A DNA stretch of 64,000 nucleotides from Rhodothermales bacterium (GTDB taxonomy: Bacteria > Bacteroidota > Rhodothermia > Rhodothermales > VXPQ01), in NCBI GenBank assembly GCA_965223485.1, contig OZ244993.1:2089527-2153526 (forward strand), read 5' to 3'. Positions within the stretch are counted from its first letter, which is position 1. Each line of letters begins with the position of its first letter. Both the position numbers and the translations under genes were made by a program. The notes under the pieces were generated by a model. That model was not told the DNA's origin. It did no database searches and saw only the letters and a list, made by a program, of their open reading frames with translations. Shown here one piece after another: positions 51,596-62,137 of the stretch.

Positions 51596-52918
51596 ATGAT
51601 CCAACCATTTTACGTACCCATGCGCTTTGCTGCGATGGCGACTTGTGTCGCTGTACTCATTCTTTCGTGTGGCTTTCAACACGCTCAAGGCCAAACCACC
51701 ATTCCGGCTGGTGATGCGCCCGAAGCGGGCAGATGGACCGGGTTCATGCAAAACCCCGGCGGTACGCCCTTCGGCGTGACGATCGTCCTGCCTGGCGACG
51801 GGGCATCGACACCGGCGCGCTTGTATGTCGAGCACCTTACCCGGGAGGAATTCCTTGTGGAAGAGGTGCGCTTGCTGGAAGGTTTTCTGTCGTTTGCCTG
51901 GTGGCCTTCTTTTCGGCTGGACTGCTGGCTTGAGCGCGAACCCGATGGGGTGTTCGTGGGAGTTTGCTCCGACGAGGAGGCGAGTATGGGCCCCGTGACG
52001 ATCGCGCCGCCCGGCAGTGTCACGTCTGCGGAGCGCCTTTCCCGGGAGCGGGTGCAGCAGCGCCTGGATCGGGTTGACCGGTTGGTCAAGTACCGCGAGT
52101 TGGACATGCTCGACGGTCCTCGCGGACGGAAAGTGGATGCCGGGGGCTACAACCTGTATACGCTGGACGAAGGCGAAGGTATGCCTGTCGTCTTCGTGTC
52201 CGATCTGGGCGAGGACCTGCGCGTATGGGATTATGTGCACCACGATGTACAGGCGTTCGCCCGGGCTATATCGTATTCGCGTTCGGGGCTGGGATATTCG
52301 GATGCGGCGTCGCCGTCCCGCCAGCCCGAAAGGAGGCCCTCCTACATTGCGGAAGAACTCCGTACCCTCCTGCAGAATCTGGAGGCTGAGCCGCCGTACA
52401 TACTGGTGGCGCACGGGCTCGGAACCGTGTTTGCCCGGGCGTTTACCGGGCAATATCCCGGTGCGGTGGCGGGGTTGGTGCTGGTAGAGCCGGTGCATGA
52501 AGGGGAGGGACAGCGGCTTGGCGCCATGGATGAGGATTCCATGGATCGATATATTGCCGGAAAGAGCATGTTGTACGGTCTCGCTTCGGATGCTGAACGC
52601 GGCGAATTCGAGATATACAGGGACATGATGGAAACAGGCGCTTTTTCAGGCGCCGGGGCGCTGCCGGATATACCCGTGGTTGTGCTTACGTCCCTGCAAG
52701 CCCCGGAAACGCCGCGCTGGGTGGGCGAAACAGATGCCGGGATTCGGGCGAAGGCCGAATTGCGGGAAGAATTGCTGGATGGGCTCACGTGGAGCCGGCA
52801 TGTGCAGACCCGGCGCAGCGGAACGTGGTTTCACCGGGAAGCGCCGGATTTCGTGGTCGAGGCTATTCGGGATGTCATGGATGCTGCTTCGACGGGCGCA
52901 TCGAACGGGACACGCTGA
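51596..52918 (+). CDS. Alpha/beta-hydrolase-fold protein with a non-canonical nucleophile elbow
   Basis: The C-terminal ~270 aa follow the alpha/beta-hydrolase pattern (VVFVSDLGED.., YILVAHGLGTVFARAFTGQYPGAVAGLVLVEP, ..WFHREAPDFVVEAI). The N-terminal ~150 aa domain is unassigned. The signal/lipobox is LILSCG. Confidence 0.6.
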   Translation: MIQPFYVPMRFAAMATCVAVLILSCGFQHAQGQTTIPAGDAPEAGRWTGFMQNPGGTPFGVTIVLPGDGASTPARLYVEHLTREEFLVEEVRLLEGFLSFAWWPSFRLDCWLEREPDGVFVGVCSDEEASMGPVTIAPPGSVTSAERLSRERVQQRLDRVDRLVKYRELDMLDGPRGRKVDAGGYNLYTLDEGEGMPVVFVSDLGEDLRVWDYVHHDVQAFARAISYSRSGLGYSDAASPSRQPERRPSYIAEELRTLLQNLEAEPPYILVAHGLGTVFARAFTGQYPGAVAGLVLVEPVHEGEGQRLGAMDEDSMDRYIAGKSMLYGLASDAERGEFEIYRDMMETGAFSGAGALPDIPVVVLTSLQAPETPRWVGETDAGIRAKAELREELLDGLTWSRHVQTRRSGTWFHREAPDFVVEAIRDVMDAASTGASNGTR

Positions 52919-53026
52919 AAATGGAATGGACGGCTTTCCGGCCGTGCAAAAAACAGGGGGGCCGTGAAGTTTGGAGTTGACATGGGGAACGAACGGTTGC
53001 GCAACGCTCCCGAAGATTTTCTGCAT

Positions 53027-55342
53027 ATGGATGTACCCCCCCGGCCTTTTGTACGGCGTGCGGTCATGCTGTGGGCGGGCGTATTGTGTGGGCTGGGTTC
53101 TTTACTTGCACTGGGCAATGTGCAGGCGCAGCAGGCTTCTGTCAGCGGGTTCGTCACCGACGTTACGGATGGACAACCACTGGAACTGGTCAATGTGGCG
53201 CTGGAACAGGACGGGCTGCTCGTCCGTGGCGCGGCGACGAACGAGGACGGGTTGTATGTGATTTCCCAACTGACGCCCGGTGCGTACCGGATCGAGGCGC
53301 GCTTTGTCGGATATCGCACGCACACCGATTCGTTACGGCTCCAGGCGGGAGTGGTCCGCACGTACAATATTACGCTCGAACCGGATGACGAGGAGATGGA
53401 CGAGGTGCTTGTGGAGTCGGAGCGCGAGGGCGGCGGCGCCCGTGTGACAGCCGGTCAGCAGACGATCCGGGCCGCCGATATCGAATACGTGCCGGGACCG
53501 GACGTGACCGGCGATCTTGCCACCTATCTGTCTACGCAACCCGGCATTGTCACGACGGGTGATCGGGGAGGGCAGCTTTTCATCCGGGGCGGGGAGCCTT
53601 CCCAGAATCTCATCCAGTTGGACGGTATCCTGCTATACCAGCCGTTTCACATCATGGGGTTCTATTCCGCCTTTCCATCCGACAATATCAATCGGGTCGA
53701 TATTTACGCCGGCGGGTACGGAAGCGAGTTCGGGGGATGGATTTCTTCGGTGATCGACATCTCGTCGCGTACCGGCAACATGCGTCGCTACGCCGCTTCT
53801 GCCGCTGCATCGCCGTTTCTCAGTTCGGCGCGCATCGAAGGCCCCCTGTGGCCGAACCGCATTTCCATTGCCGCTTCGCTTCGTCGATCAAACATAGAAC
53901 AGGGTGTGGCGCGCTACCTCGACGACGAACTGCCGTTCAATTTCGGCGATGCCTTCGTCAAACTGCATGGCGTGGTGAAGAGTAATATGCGGGCTTCGGT
54001 GACGGGCCTCAAGACGTGGGATCGCGGGTTTTTGACCGGGGACACGGGCGGGGTACAGGAAGAAATAGGCTGGCGCAACGATGCGATCGGCATGCGCCTG
54101 TTGATGCTCCCTCGCGTTTTTTCGATCATGGCCGATTTCCATGTCTCGTATTCGCGGCTCGAAACGGAACTCGGGTCCCGCGACGACCCCCTGCGCTGGT
54201 CAAGAATCGAAAATACCCATGTGTCGGCCGACATGACGTATTTCGGCGACGGCATCGATGCCCGGGGGGGCAGCGAACTGCGCGCCACGAGGCTGAACAG
54301 CGCCATCGGAGGATTGTATCAGAATGTCGAACTCCGGTATTCGAGTGTACCCCAGTGGGGGAGTTACTTCGAGCTCGATGTGGCGCCGGGAGGCGGGTTC
54401 AGCATTCGCCCGGGGATTCGTCTCCAGTTCTACAAGGTTCGTTTCGAGCCGCTCATCGAACCCCGGTTGCGTGCGGTATGGCAGCAGGGGATTCATGAGA
54501 TCAGCGCTGCCTGGGGCGTCTATCATCAGGAGATTCTGGGCATCAACGATCGTCGGGACGCCGCCAGCGTGTTTACGGTCTGGGCTAATGTCCCCAAGGA
54601 CAACCCCAAATTGCTGAATGTCCTGCAGGGACGGCCACAGCGGGCTTCGCACGCCTTGTTGGGATACCGTGCCCAGCCCTTGCGCCGGCTGGAGTTGTCC
54701 GTGGAGGGGTATTACCGAAACCTGTCGAATCTTTTCATTCCCGAATGGACAAGTTATCCCCGGCTCATTTCGAAATTGCAACCGGCTACGGGCCGTTCCG
54801 TGGGTGTCGATGTCCGCCTCGAAGTACGCGGGCGCCGGTTCTACGGCTATGCCAACTACGGTCTTTCCTCGACCCGGTACGAGGCGGAAGATGCTTCCAT
54901 TCCGCTCTGGTACGGCGAGGAGACGCTGAAATTCCGCCCGGCCCATGATCGTCGCCATCAACTTAACCTTGTGGCAGTCGCTGAAGTGCTGGGATTCGAT
55001 GTGAGTGCGCGATGGGATTTCGGGTCGGGTCTTCCGTTCAGCCGCGCCATCGGGTTCGATGGATTCCTTCTGGTGGACGATATAGAAAAGGCTGTGGATG
55101 CTCCGGCCACGCGCCGGGTCATTTACGAACGGCCGTTCAACGCGTTACTGCCGAAGTATCACCGGTTGGACCTATCGGTGGAAAGATCGTTCTCTGTCGG
55201 AGCGGTGGATGTTGCGCTGCTTGCAAGCGCCATCAACACCTACGGCCGCCGCAATATTTTCTATCTCGACATTTTCACCCTCAACCGCGTCGACCAGCTT
55301 CCTTTCGTGCCTTCCCTGGGGATCAAGGTGTCTTTTGAATGA
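53027..55342 (+). CDS. TonB-dependent receptor (CarboxypepD_reg-like plus plug plus barrel), smaller class
   Basis: SVSGFVTDVTDGQPLELVNVAL..GLYVISQLTPGAYRIEARFVGY, MDEVLVES, IRGGEPSQNLIQLDGILLYQPFH, and the C-terminal ..SLGIKVSFE match the family. Confidence 0.85.
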   Translation: MDVPPRPFVRRAVMLWAGVLCGLGSLLALGNVQAQQASVSGFVTDVTDGQPLELVNVALEQDGLLVRGAATNEDGLYVISQLTPGAYRIEARFVGYRTHTDSLRLQAGVVRTYNITLEPDDEEMDEVLVESEREGGGARVTAGQQTIRAADIEYVPGPDVTGDLATYLSTQPGIVTTGDRGGQLFIRGGEPSQNLIQLDGILLYQPFHIMGFYSAFPSDNINRVDIYAGGYGSEFGGWISSVIDISSRTGNMRRYAASAAASPFLSSARIEGPLWPNRISIAASLRRSNIEQGVARYLDDELPFNFGDAFVKLHGVVKSNMRASVTGLKTWDRGFLTGDTGGVQEEIGWRNDAIGMRLLMLPRVFSIMADFHVSYSRLETELGSRDDPLRWSRIENTHVSADMTYFGDGIDARGGSELRATRLNSAIGGLYQNVELRYSSVPQWGSYFELDVAPGGGFSIRPGIRLQFYKVRFEPLIEPRLRAVWQQGIHEISAAWGVYHQEILGINDRRDAASVFTVWANVPKDNPKLLNVLQGRPQRASHALLGYRAQPLRRLELSVEGYYRNLSNLFIPEWTSYPRLISKLQPATGRSVGVDVRLEVRGRRFYGYANYGLSSTRYEAEDASIPLWYGEETLKFRPAHDRRHQLNLVAVAEVLGFDVSARWDFGSGLPFSRAIGFDGFLLVDDIEKAVDAPATRRVIYERPFNALLPKYHRLDLSVERSFSVGAVDVALLASAINTYGRRNIFYLDIFTLNRVDQLPFVPSLGIKVSFE

Positions 55343-56298
55343 ACACTCTGCGTAGCATACCTCCCCGGTTGCGGATGGGCCGGCGTTTCGCACGATACGC
55401 CGTGCCTGTTACCCTTGCTATGTCGTCGCTCCTTGGCCTGAGCGCCTGCGAGGAAGATGTTGTGGCTGTTGTGGGGACGGATTTGCCGTATTCCATGTAT
55501 GGCGTGTTGTCGCCGCAGCTCGATTCGCAATGGGTGCGGGTTTTTCCGATAGAAGATCGTCTTGTGCCCGCCACGCCGGAGCCATTGGATGCGCAGGTTG
55601 TTTCTGTGGATCGTACGACCGGCGAGCAGTACGTCTGGCGCGATTCCGTCATCGTCGATTTTGCGGACCAGTACGCGCATGTGTACTATGCCCCGTTCCA
55701 GGCCCGTTTCGGGCATACCTACCGGATTGCGGCGACCCGTTCGGACGGTGCGGAATCCACGGTCGAGGTGACGGTGCCGCCCGAGGCGGAAATCATTCCC
55801 CAGGAGCCGGTTATTCGTGTTGCTTCCGTGGTGCAGCCGGTATTCGTTCGAGGGGATGTGGCCGGTCTCGTGCAAGTGGAGGTCGATTATGCCGTGGCGT
55901 ACAAGCGCAGCAACGAGGCGGAAATCGAATCCAACAACATCGTCATTCCTTATCTCCTCAAGCACGAGAAGACGGATGGAGGCTGGATTGTACCGGTTGA
56001 CTTGCGGCAGGATTTTCTGGAAATCACTGCCAGCATTGCGCAGCAGGTCGATGTAGGCATCGATTTGCGCGTGGGCGTCATTCTGTTGAGCGTGACGTTG
56101 CGACTGATTGTGGCCAACGAGGCCTGGGATCCGCCTGGAGGAATATTCGATGAGGAAATTCTGGTGCAGCCGAACGTGATGCGCAATGTCCAAAACGGGT
56201 TCGGATTCGTCGGGGCGGGATACCGTCTTTACAGACAGTGGCTTCCGCCGGTCGAGGCGATTGAGGAAGCAGGCTTCCGTTCGCCGGAAGAAAATTGA
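55339..56298 (+). CDS. DUF4249-like lipoprotein partner of the preceding TBDR
   Basis: The lipobox is LLGLSAC. Its ATG overlaps the TBDR stop (gaATGA). The size and the position right after a CarboxypepD_reg-type TBDR fit DUF4249. The call is from memory only. Confidence 0.45.
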   Translation: MNTLRSIPPRLRMGRRFARYAVPVTLAMSSLLGLSACEEDVVAVVGTDLPYSMYGVLSPQLDSQWVRVFPIEDRLVPATPEPLDAQVVSVDRTTGEQYVWRDSVIVDFADQYAHVYYAPFQARFGHTYRIAATRSDGAESTVEVTVPPEAEIIPQEPVIRVASVVQPVFVRGDVAGLVQVEVDYAVAYKRSNEAEIESNNIVIPYLLKHEKTDGGWIVPVDLRQDFLEITASIAQQVDVGIDLRVGVILLSVTLRLIVANEAWDPPGGIFDEEILVQPNVMRNVQNGFGFVGAGYRLYRQWLPPVEAIEEAGFRSPEEN

Positions 56299-56542
56299 AG
56301 TCGGGCCTCCTTGAGACGGGCCAATCAAAACATGTTTCGGTAGTATGGATCGTTCCGGCTGACCCAAAAGATCAAAGCAAAAAAAAAACTTCTTCTTGTT
56401 TTTTGTTTCACAAAGGCGTAAGATGCACTTGCTCGGGTTATGCGATGTATGCCGAGCAGGAATGTTAGTGTCCGCATTGCGCACTGAACTCCTTAAATTA
56501 ATAACGGATTTCCACCTAAACCATATCTGGAGGATCCCGCAC

Positions 56543-59500
56543 ATGAGATTCGCAAAGCTACTGTTTGCGCTTGCTCTCTTTCTTCCGGCTTCTGCCTGGG
56601 CTCAAACGGGTAAAATCGCCGGTCAGATCACGGAAGCTTCAACCGGTGAGTCGTTGCCCGGCGTAAACGTGTCCATTACGGGCACGACGCAGGGCGCCAT
56701 TACCGATGCGGACGGCTATTACTTCGTCGTGAACGTGCGTCCCGGATCGTACGATCTCAGGGCTTCGTTCATCGGATTCGCCCCCGAGGTGCACGAGGGC
56801 GTCCGAGTCAATATCGGTCTGACGACCGATATTGACTTTGTCCTGCAGGAAGAAGCGGTCGGCCTCGAGGAGGTGGTCGTTACGGATGTGCGGCCTGTCG
56901 TGCAACGCGACGTTTCGGCCAGCGTGGCGAACATTACGGCGGAAGAAATCGAGAACCTTCCGGTGACCGACATTGAAAGGGTTATCGGGTTGCAGGCTGG
57001 TTTCGAGCGGGGTCTTACCGTGCGCGGCTTCGGCGGCGACCAGATCCAGTTCATGGTGGACGGCCTGTCGATGGCCAGCGGGCGCGACAACACGCCGTAT
57101 ACGGGCGTGAGTTATACCTCTGTACAGGAAGTTCAGGTGCAGACGGGCGGTTTCAATGCGGAATACGGCAATGTGCGTTCGGGGCTTGTTAATGTCGTTA
57201 CGAAAGAGCCGGAGCGGAACCAGTACTTCGTAGACGCCATTGCGCGCTACAGCCCAACGTCGCAGAAAAACTTCCCGGGCGTCGATGTCGAAGGCAATGA
57301 CGTTGACATGTTGAGCTCCGACAGGAGTTTCTACATCCGCCCGCTCGTGGATCCGGCTGTGGCGTTTGCGGGAACAGGAGCGTGGCCGTCCTGGATGCAG
57401 TCGGAATACTACACGTTTGCGGGATGGGACGCGATAGCGGAGGGCTATAATGGTCGAGAGGGAACCAGTTTTACGGGTCAGCAGATGCAGTCGGTTTTTT
57501 TCGATCACTACCTGCGGAACGACATATCGGTATCAGCGCCCGACTACGAAATCGACGCCACCATCGGGGGGCCGGTGCCGGGGCTGAGTAACCTGCTCGG
57601 AGATCTGCGGTTCACGGCCTCGTTCCGGCAGACACAGACGGCCTATTCGTTCGGTGGGCATGCGCGGGACGCGTTCCAGGAACGCACCGGCCAGGCCAAA
57701 CTGATCTCGAACTTCTCCCCCGGCATGAAACTCACGCTCTCCGGGCTCTACGGACAGCAAATGGGGCTCAACCGTAATGAATCAGGGTGGCCCGACCTCA
57801 CGACGGGCGACAGGCTGTACTACCCCTGGCAAAGCGGGGGTCTCCACCAATCGATGTACGGTTGGCAGGACAACGAAGAAATCGATCAATTCGGGGGGTA
57901 CTTCTCCCCCATGCTGTACAACCTGATGGATGTCGACCGCCTGATGCTCGGCGCACAGTTCACGCACGCGCTGAACGCGAACACCTTCTACGACGTACAG
58001 CTCCAGAACATCACCACCGACTATTTTACGCGCACGATCGAACCTCGGAACCTTGAAGCGACCTACTCCTATTTGAACGGGGGGATCATGCTCAACGAAG
58101 AGCCTTACGGCTTCAGCATCAAGGACCAGTTCGATAAAGTGCTGGGCATCCGCACGTCGGGCCACTGGGGCAGCGGGTACGATAGTTCGAGCGTAAACCG
58201 CTTCACGGGCCGGTTCGACGTCACCAGCCAGCGCAACCGTTTCCTGTTGGCCAAGGCGGGCGTCGAGTACATCTATTCGAACTACGATACCGATTTCGGT
58301 GAGAACGATCCGGAGCACCCGCACCATACGAATCCCAAGCGGCTCTGGAACCGCAAGCCGCAGCAAGCCGCGGCGTATGCCCAGTCGAAACTCGAATTCC
58401 GGGGCATGGTCGCCAATGTGGGCGTGCGGCTGGATTATTTCCATGCGGGCGGGGACTGGTACACGTACGACACGTACGAGCGCACGTTTTCAGCGGCCAT
58501 CGGGCGGGCCCGGATCGACGAACTGCTTGAGCAGGAACCCACGCAGCGTCAGCTTGCCCTGAGTCCCCGCATCGGCGTCTCCTTCCCGGTCACGGACGAC
58601 AGCAAGTTGTATTTCAACTACGGCCATTTCCGGAACGCACTCAACCCCATGAGGCTCTTCAACATCGAGGAAGGATCCGCCGGCGCGCTCGTGAACATCG
58701 GCAACCCCGACCACCCGATGCCGAGAACGGTGGCCTACGAACTGGGTTTCGACCAGAGCCTGTTCAACCAGTACCTGCTGCGCTTGGCCGGGTACTACCG
58801 GGATCTGGGTAACCAGCCGCGCAGTGTCCGGTACATCAGCCTCGACGACCTGGTCAGCTATCGCACCGCCCTGCCCTGGAACTACGGCGATGTGCGCGGC
58901 TTCGAGGTTACGCTCTCGAGGAACCGGGGCCAGTGGATCCGCGGGTTCCTCAATTACACGTACATGGTGCGAAAGACGGGCAATTTCGGGTTCAGCCAGT
59001 TTGACGAGAACCGCACGGCGCAACAGAACTTCGTCACGACCACGCAGGAGCACTACACGAGCAAGCCGATCCCCGAGCCCTTTGCGCGGTTCAACCTTGA
59101 GTTTCTCTTTCCGCAAGAGATCGGCCCTCAAGTCGGAGGCAGTTATCCGCTCGGCGACTGGCGTATCAACTTCCTCGGCGAATGGCGCCAGGGAGTGTCC
59201 ATGACCTGGGACGGTCTGAATCTGAGCGGTGCTACGGGCAGCGGCCCCCGCGAACTGCAAGGGAATGTTCGCTGGAAAGACTACTACACGCTCGACATGC
59301 GTTTCAGCAAGAGCTTCAACACCAGCCTCGGCTCCGCCCAGTTCTTTGTGGACATGACGAACGTGCTCAACATCCGCCACCTGTACTTTGCGGGCGGCGC
59401 ACTCTTCGGCGCCGGCGACCAGGACCTGTCGCGGTATATGGGGTCGCTGCACCTTCCGGAAGATACTCTTCCACGTCCCGATGATACCCCTGCCACCGGG

Positions 59501-59782
59501 CTCTACGGAGACGACCGGCCGGGTGATTTCCGGAAGCCGGGCGTGGCCTATGTGCCCATCGTTGAAGGGCAGTTGCCGGAGGCCGGCGAAGGTGGGCCGC
59601 TCTATTATGTGGCGGAAGAGAACAAGTATTACGAGTGGAGCGGCGGTTCCTTTGCGGCGGCGGACCAGGGCAAAGTGGACCAGGTGTTGGAGGACAAGGC
59701 ATACATCAACATGCCGAACCGGATGTCCAGCCAGTTCCTGAACCCGCGCAACGTGTTCTTCGGCTTGCGGATATCCTTCTGA
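56543..59782 (+). CDS. TonB-dependent receptor, module 2 (paralogue of 39717..43118)
   Basis: It is collinear with module 1: GKIAGQITEASTGESLPGVNVSITGTTQGAITDADGYYFVVNVRPGSYDLRASFIGF, LEEVVVTD, VQVQTGGFNAEYGNVRSGLVNV, ..FFGLRISF. ATG 56543 lies inside track ORF 56396. Confidence 0.9.
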   Translation: MRFAKLLFALALFLPASAWAQTGKIAGQITEASTGESLPGVNVSITGTTQGAITDADGYYFVVNVRPGSYDLRASFIGFAPEVHEGVRVNIGLTTDIDFVLQEEAVGLEEVVVTDVRPVVQRDVSASVANITAEEIENLPVTDIERVIGLQAGFERGLTVRGFGGDQIQFMVDGLSMASGRDNTPYTGVSYTSVQEVQVQTGGFNAEYGNVRSGLVNVVTKEPERNQYFVDAIARYSPTSQKNFPGVDVEGNDVDMLSSDRSFYIRPLVDPAVAFAGTGAWPSWMQSEYYTFAGWDAIAEGYNGREGTSFTGQQMQSVFFDHYLRNDISVSAPDYEIDATIGGPVPGLSNLLGDLRFTASFRQTQTAYSFGGHARDAFQERTGQAKLISNFSPGMKLTLSGLYGQQMGLNRNESGWPDLTTGDRLYYPWQSGGLHQSMYGWQDNEEIDQFGGYFSPMLYNLMDVDRLMLGAQFTHALNANTFYDVQLQNITTDYFTRTIEPRNLEATYSYLNGGIMLNEEPYGFSIKDQFDKVLGIRTSGHWGSGYDSSSVNRFTGRFDVTSQRNRFLLAKAGVEYIYSNYDTDFGENDPEHPHHTNPKRLWNRKPQQAAAYAQSKLEFRGMVANVGVRLDYFHAGGDWYTYDTYERTFSAAIGRARIDELLEQEPTQRQLALSPRIGVSFPVTDDSKLYFNYGHFRNALNPMRLFNIEEGSAGALVNIGNPDHPMPRTVAYELGFDQSLFNQYLLRLAGYYRDLGNQPRSVRYISLDDLVSYRTALPWNYGDVRGFEVTLSRNRGQWIRGFLNYTYMVRKTGNFGFSQFDENRTAQQNFVTTTQEHYTSKPIPEPFARFNLEFLFPQEIGPQVGGSYPLGDWRINFLGEWRQGVSMTWDGLNLSGATGSGPRELQGNVRWKDYYTLDMRFSKSFNTSLGSAQFFVDMTNVLNIRHLYFAGGALFGAGDQDLSRYMGSLHLPEDTLPRPDDTPATGLYGDDRPGDFRKPGVAYVPIVEGQLPEAGEGGPLYYVAEENKYYEWSGGSFAAADQGKVDQVLEDKAYINMPNRMSSQFLNPRNVFFGLRISF

Positions 59783-59828
59783 GCATAGCCGGCAACCATT
59801 CCTGACATCCTGAAGACCGAGAGACATT

Positions 59829-62054
59829 ATGCGAATCGTTCAATCCATCCGCACATGGGGATGCATGGCAGCCGGTTTGGCGCTGGTGTTGTCGCTGGCC
59901 GGGCCCATTGAGGAGGCGAAAGCCCAGTGGATCCCGAAATGGCTCAATGTTGGTGACTTCCAGAGTTGGTACTTGTCCGGAGGAGCCAATCCGGAAAGAA
60001 GCAATGTGGTCTGGAATTATCCGGCCATCCGGCCCAATGCGGGCTATAGCCGCTGGAAGGGATTCTGGGTCGGGGCAAAAAACGTGCAGGATGTGGAAGG
60101 CGGGAAGACGTTCCCCATTCGCATTTCGCACACGGGGCCCCGTGTGCCCGGCATCGGGGAGGTGTTCAGTGTTTCACATGTCCTGTATTCGCGATACGAA
60201 CCGACGACGGTGCAGGTGGACGGGTTCGACACGTTTCTGCAGCCCGTGATCCCTGACCAGATCGATTCCGGCCTGGCGCCCGACCGCATGGTAGTCTCGG
60301 AGATCAATAGCTCCATCGGCTTGACGATAAACCGGTCAGCAATGCAGTGGAGCCATCCGGACCACCAAAACTATCACCTTATCGAGTATACGTTTGTCAA
60401 CACGGGCAACCAGGACGGCGACCCCGATATCGAGACGGAGAATGATCTGGAGGGCGTTTACGTCATGTTCCTCGAACGCCCGACGGGCACCGGATTTGCG
60501 GGCGCCTGGGGCAACAGCGCCGGCGGAGTCGCCTGGGGGCAGTACACCATGAACGACGCCGTCGGCGATGGCCTCAGCGATTACGGCGTCGATTTTCGCG
60601 CGTCGTTCGCATGGCTGGGCAATGTCAAGGAAGCTACCGCATACCCGGCGAACACGCTTGGCAACCCCTTCTGGACCAACCACAGGTGGAATGTGATACC
60701 CGACGATACGTTGGGCCGCCTTGGCAGTCCCAACTTCACGGGCGTCGTGACCGTTCATGCGGATACGGAGGCGCATGCCGAAGGAGGATCCTCGTCCGAT
60801 GACCGGGGGCAACCGAGCATGGTATCGTATTTGAACTCGGACTTCGGTTCTCTCACCAGCACCTCGGATCACAACAACGAGACGAACATGGCGTTGGAGT
60901 ACCAGTGGTTCGAGTGTGGCTCCGCGCCGGTACCCACCGGGGCGGTTGCCGAGCCGGGCACGCCGGGATGCGTTCCACGTAGCTGGCCGACACAGGCACG
61001 ACTCGTTCAAGGGCAAACGGCGAGCACCCCCTATGACGAAGACCCCGACTTCGCCAACCAGACGGCTGACCCCACCTTTGGCGGCGGCGCTGGCGGCTTT
61101 GGGTTTGTACAGGCCTTCGGACCCTACGACATTGCGTTTGGCGAGGAGGTGAAGGTCGTCATTGCGGAAGGCATTGCGGGACTGAGCGACGAAGCAGCGT
61201 GGGACATCGGCCGGGCCTACAAATTATCCGGCTGGGATGACGACATGATTTTCGAGTTCGACGCCAACGGTAACGGGGTGATCGATACCGACGAGGCGAT
61301 GACGAAGAATGAGTGGTTTATGACGGCGCGCGATTCGATGTTTCAGATGTTCCAGCGAGCCATCGATAACTACCGGGGAGGGTTAAATGCACCGCACCCG
61401 CCCGCGCCGCCCTCCTCGTTCATCGTGACGTCCGGAACGGATAAAATCAACATCGCGTGGACCGCCCCGCAGTCACCGGCCACGTGGGAACTCTACCGGG
61501 CCCAGAAGCACTACTCCGGGGTTGTGACGGCTCTCGAAGTGGGGTCTGACGGGCTGGCCGTGCCGGATCGCGCGCGCGCGTATGCACTGGTCCAGACCCT
61601 GGCGGGCGCTGCGACGAGTTATGAGGATACGGATGTGGTGCGGGGTGGCTCCTACTTCTACTACCTGCAGGGTGTCGGCAGCGACGGTTCGAGGACCAAT
61701 CGCTACTATGCGCAGACCTACAACCCCGCGTTCCTGCGGCGTCCGCCCGGGCAATCGCTGAGCGAGGTGCGCATCGTTCCGAATCCCTATCATCTCGGCG
61801 CCGATCCGGCCGTACGTCTTGATGTGCAGGATCGTATGGCTTTTTACGAGATTCCCGGAGAGTCTCGTATTGAGATATACTCCGAACTGGGCGAGCTGAT
61901 CAGGACCATCGATCACCTTGACGGAAGTGGTGATGAATTCTGGGATATGACGACCTCTTCGCGGCAGGTGGTTGCGAGCGGCATTTACATTGCTGTCATC
62001 ACTAACCTCGCTACGGACGAGCAAGCCATCCAGAAATTCATCGTCATTCGATAG
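59829..62054 (+). CDS. Uncharacterised 741-aa secreted protein with divergent T9SS-type C-terminal domain (module 2 partner)
   Basis: It shares blocks with 43229..45574: W..VGD(Y/F)Q, YPAI(H/R), FW(I/V)GAKN, H(I/L)(V/I)EY(L/T)FTNTGN.D.DP(E/D)IE, AYGPYD(M/I)AFG(D/E)EV, DANG(D/N)GVI, and an almost superimposable 95-aa tail (VRIVPNPYHLGAD..RIEIYSELGELIRTIDH..GDEFWDM..ASGIYIAVITN..QKFIVIR). Confidence 0.75.
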   Translation: MRIVQSIRTWGCMAAGLALVLSLAGPIEEAKAQWIPKWLNVGDFQSWYLSGGANPERSNVVWNYPAIRPNAGYSRWKGFWVGAKNVQDVEGGKTFPIRISHTGPRVPGIGEVFSVSHVLYSRYEPTTVQVDGFDTFLQPVIPDQIDSGLAPDRMVVSEINSSIGLTINRSAMQWSHPDHQNYHLIEYTFVNTGNQDGDPDIETENDLEGVYVMFLERPTGTGFAGAWGNSAGGVAWGQYTMNDAVGDGLSDYGVDFRASFAWLGNVKEATAYPANTLGNPFWTNHRWNVIPDDTLGRLGSPNFTGVVTVHADTEAHAEGGSSSDDRGQPSMVSYLNSDFGSLTSTSDHNNETNMALEYQWFECGSAPVPTGAVAEPGTPGCVPRSWPTQARLVQGQTASTPYDEDPDFANQTADPTFGGGAGGFGFVQAFGPYDIAFGEEVKVVIAEGIAGLSDEAAWDIGRAYKLSGWDDDMIFEFDANGNGVIDTDEAMTKNEWFMTARDSMFQMFQRAIDNYRGGLNAPHPPAPPSSFIVTSGTDKINIAWTAPQSPATWELYRAQKHYSGVVTALEVGSDGLAVPDRARAYALVQTLAGAATSYEDTDVVRGGSYFYYLQGVGSDGSRTNRYYAQTYNPAFLRRPPGQSLSEVRIVPNPYHLGADPAVRLDVQDRMAFYEIPGESRIEIYSELGELIRTIDHLDGSGDEFWDMTTSSRQVVASGIYIAVITNLATDEQAIQKFIVIR

Positions 62055-62137
62055 ATATGCGGTCACAGCGGCTTCTACCCGTTGCTTGCCAAACCGAAGC
62101 CTCAAATCGAGGAGATTCAATGACACATTGCAACCAC

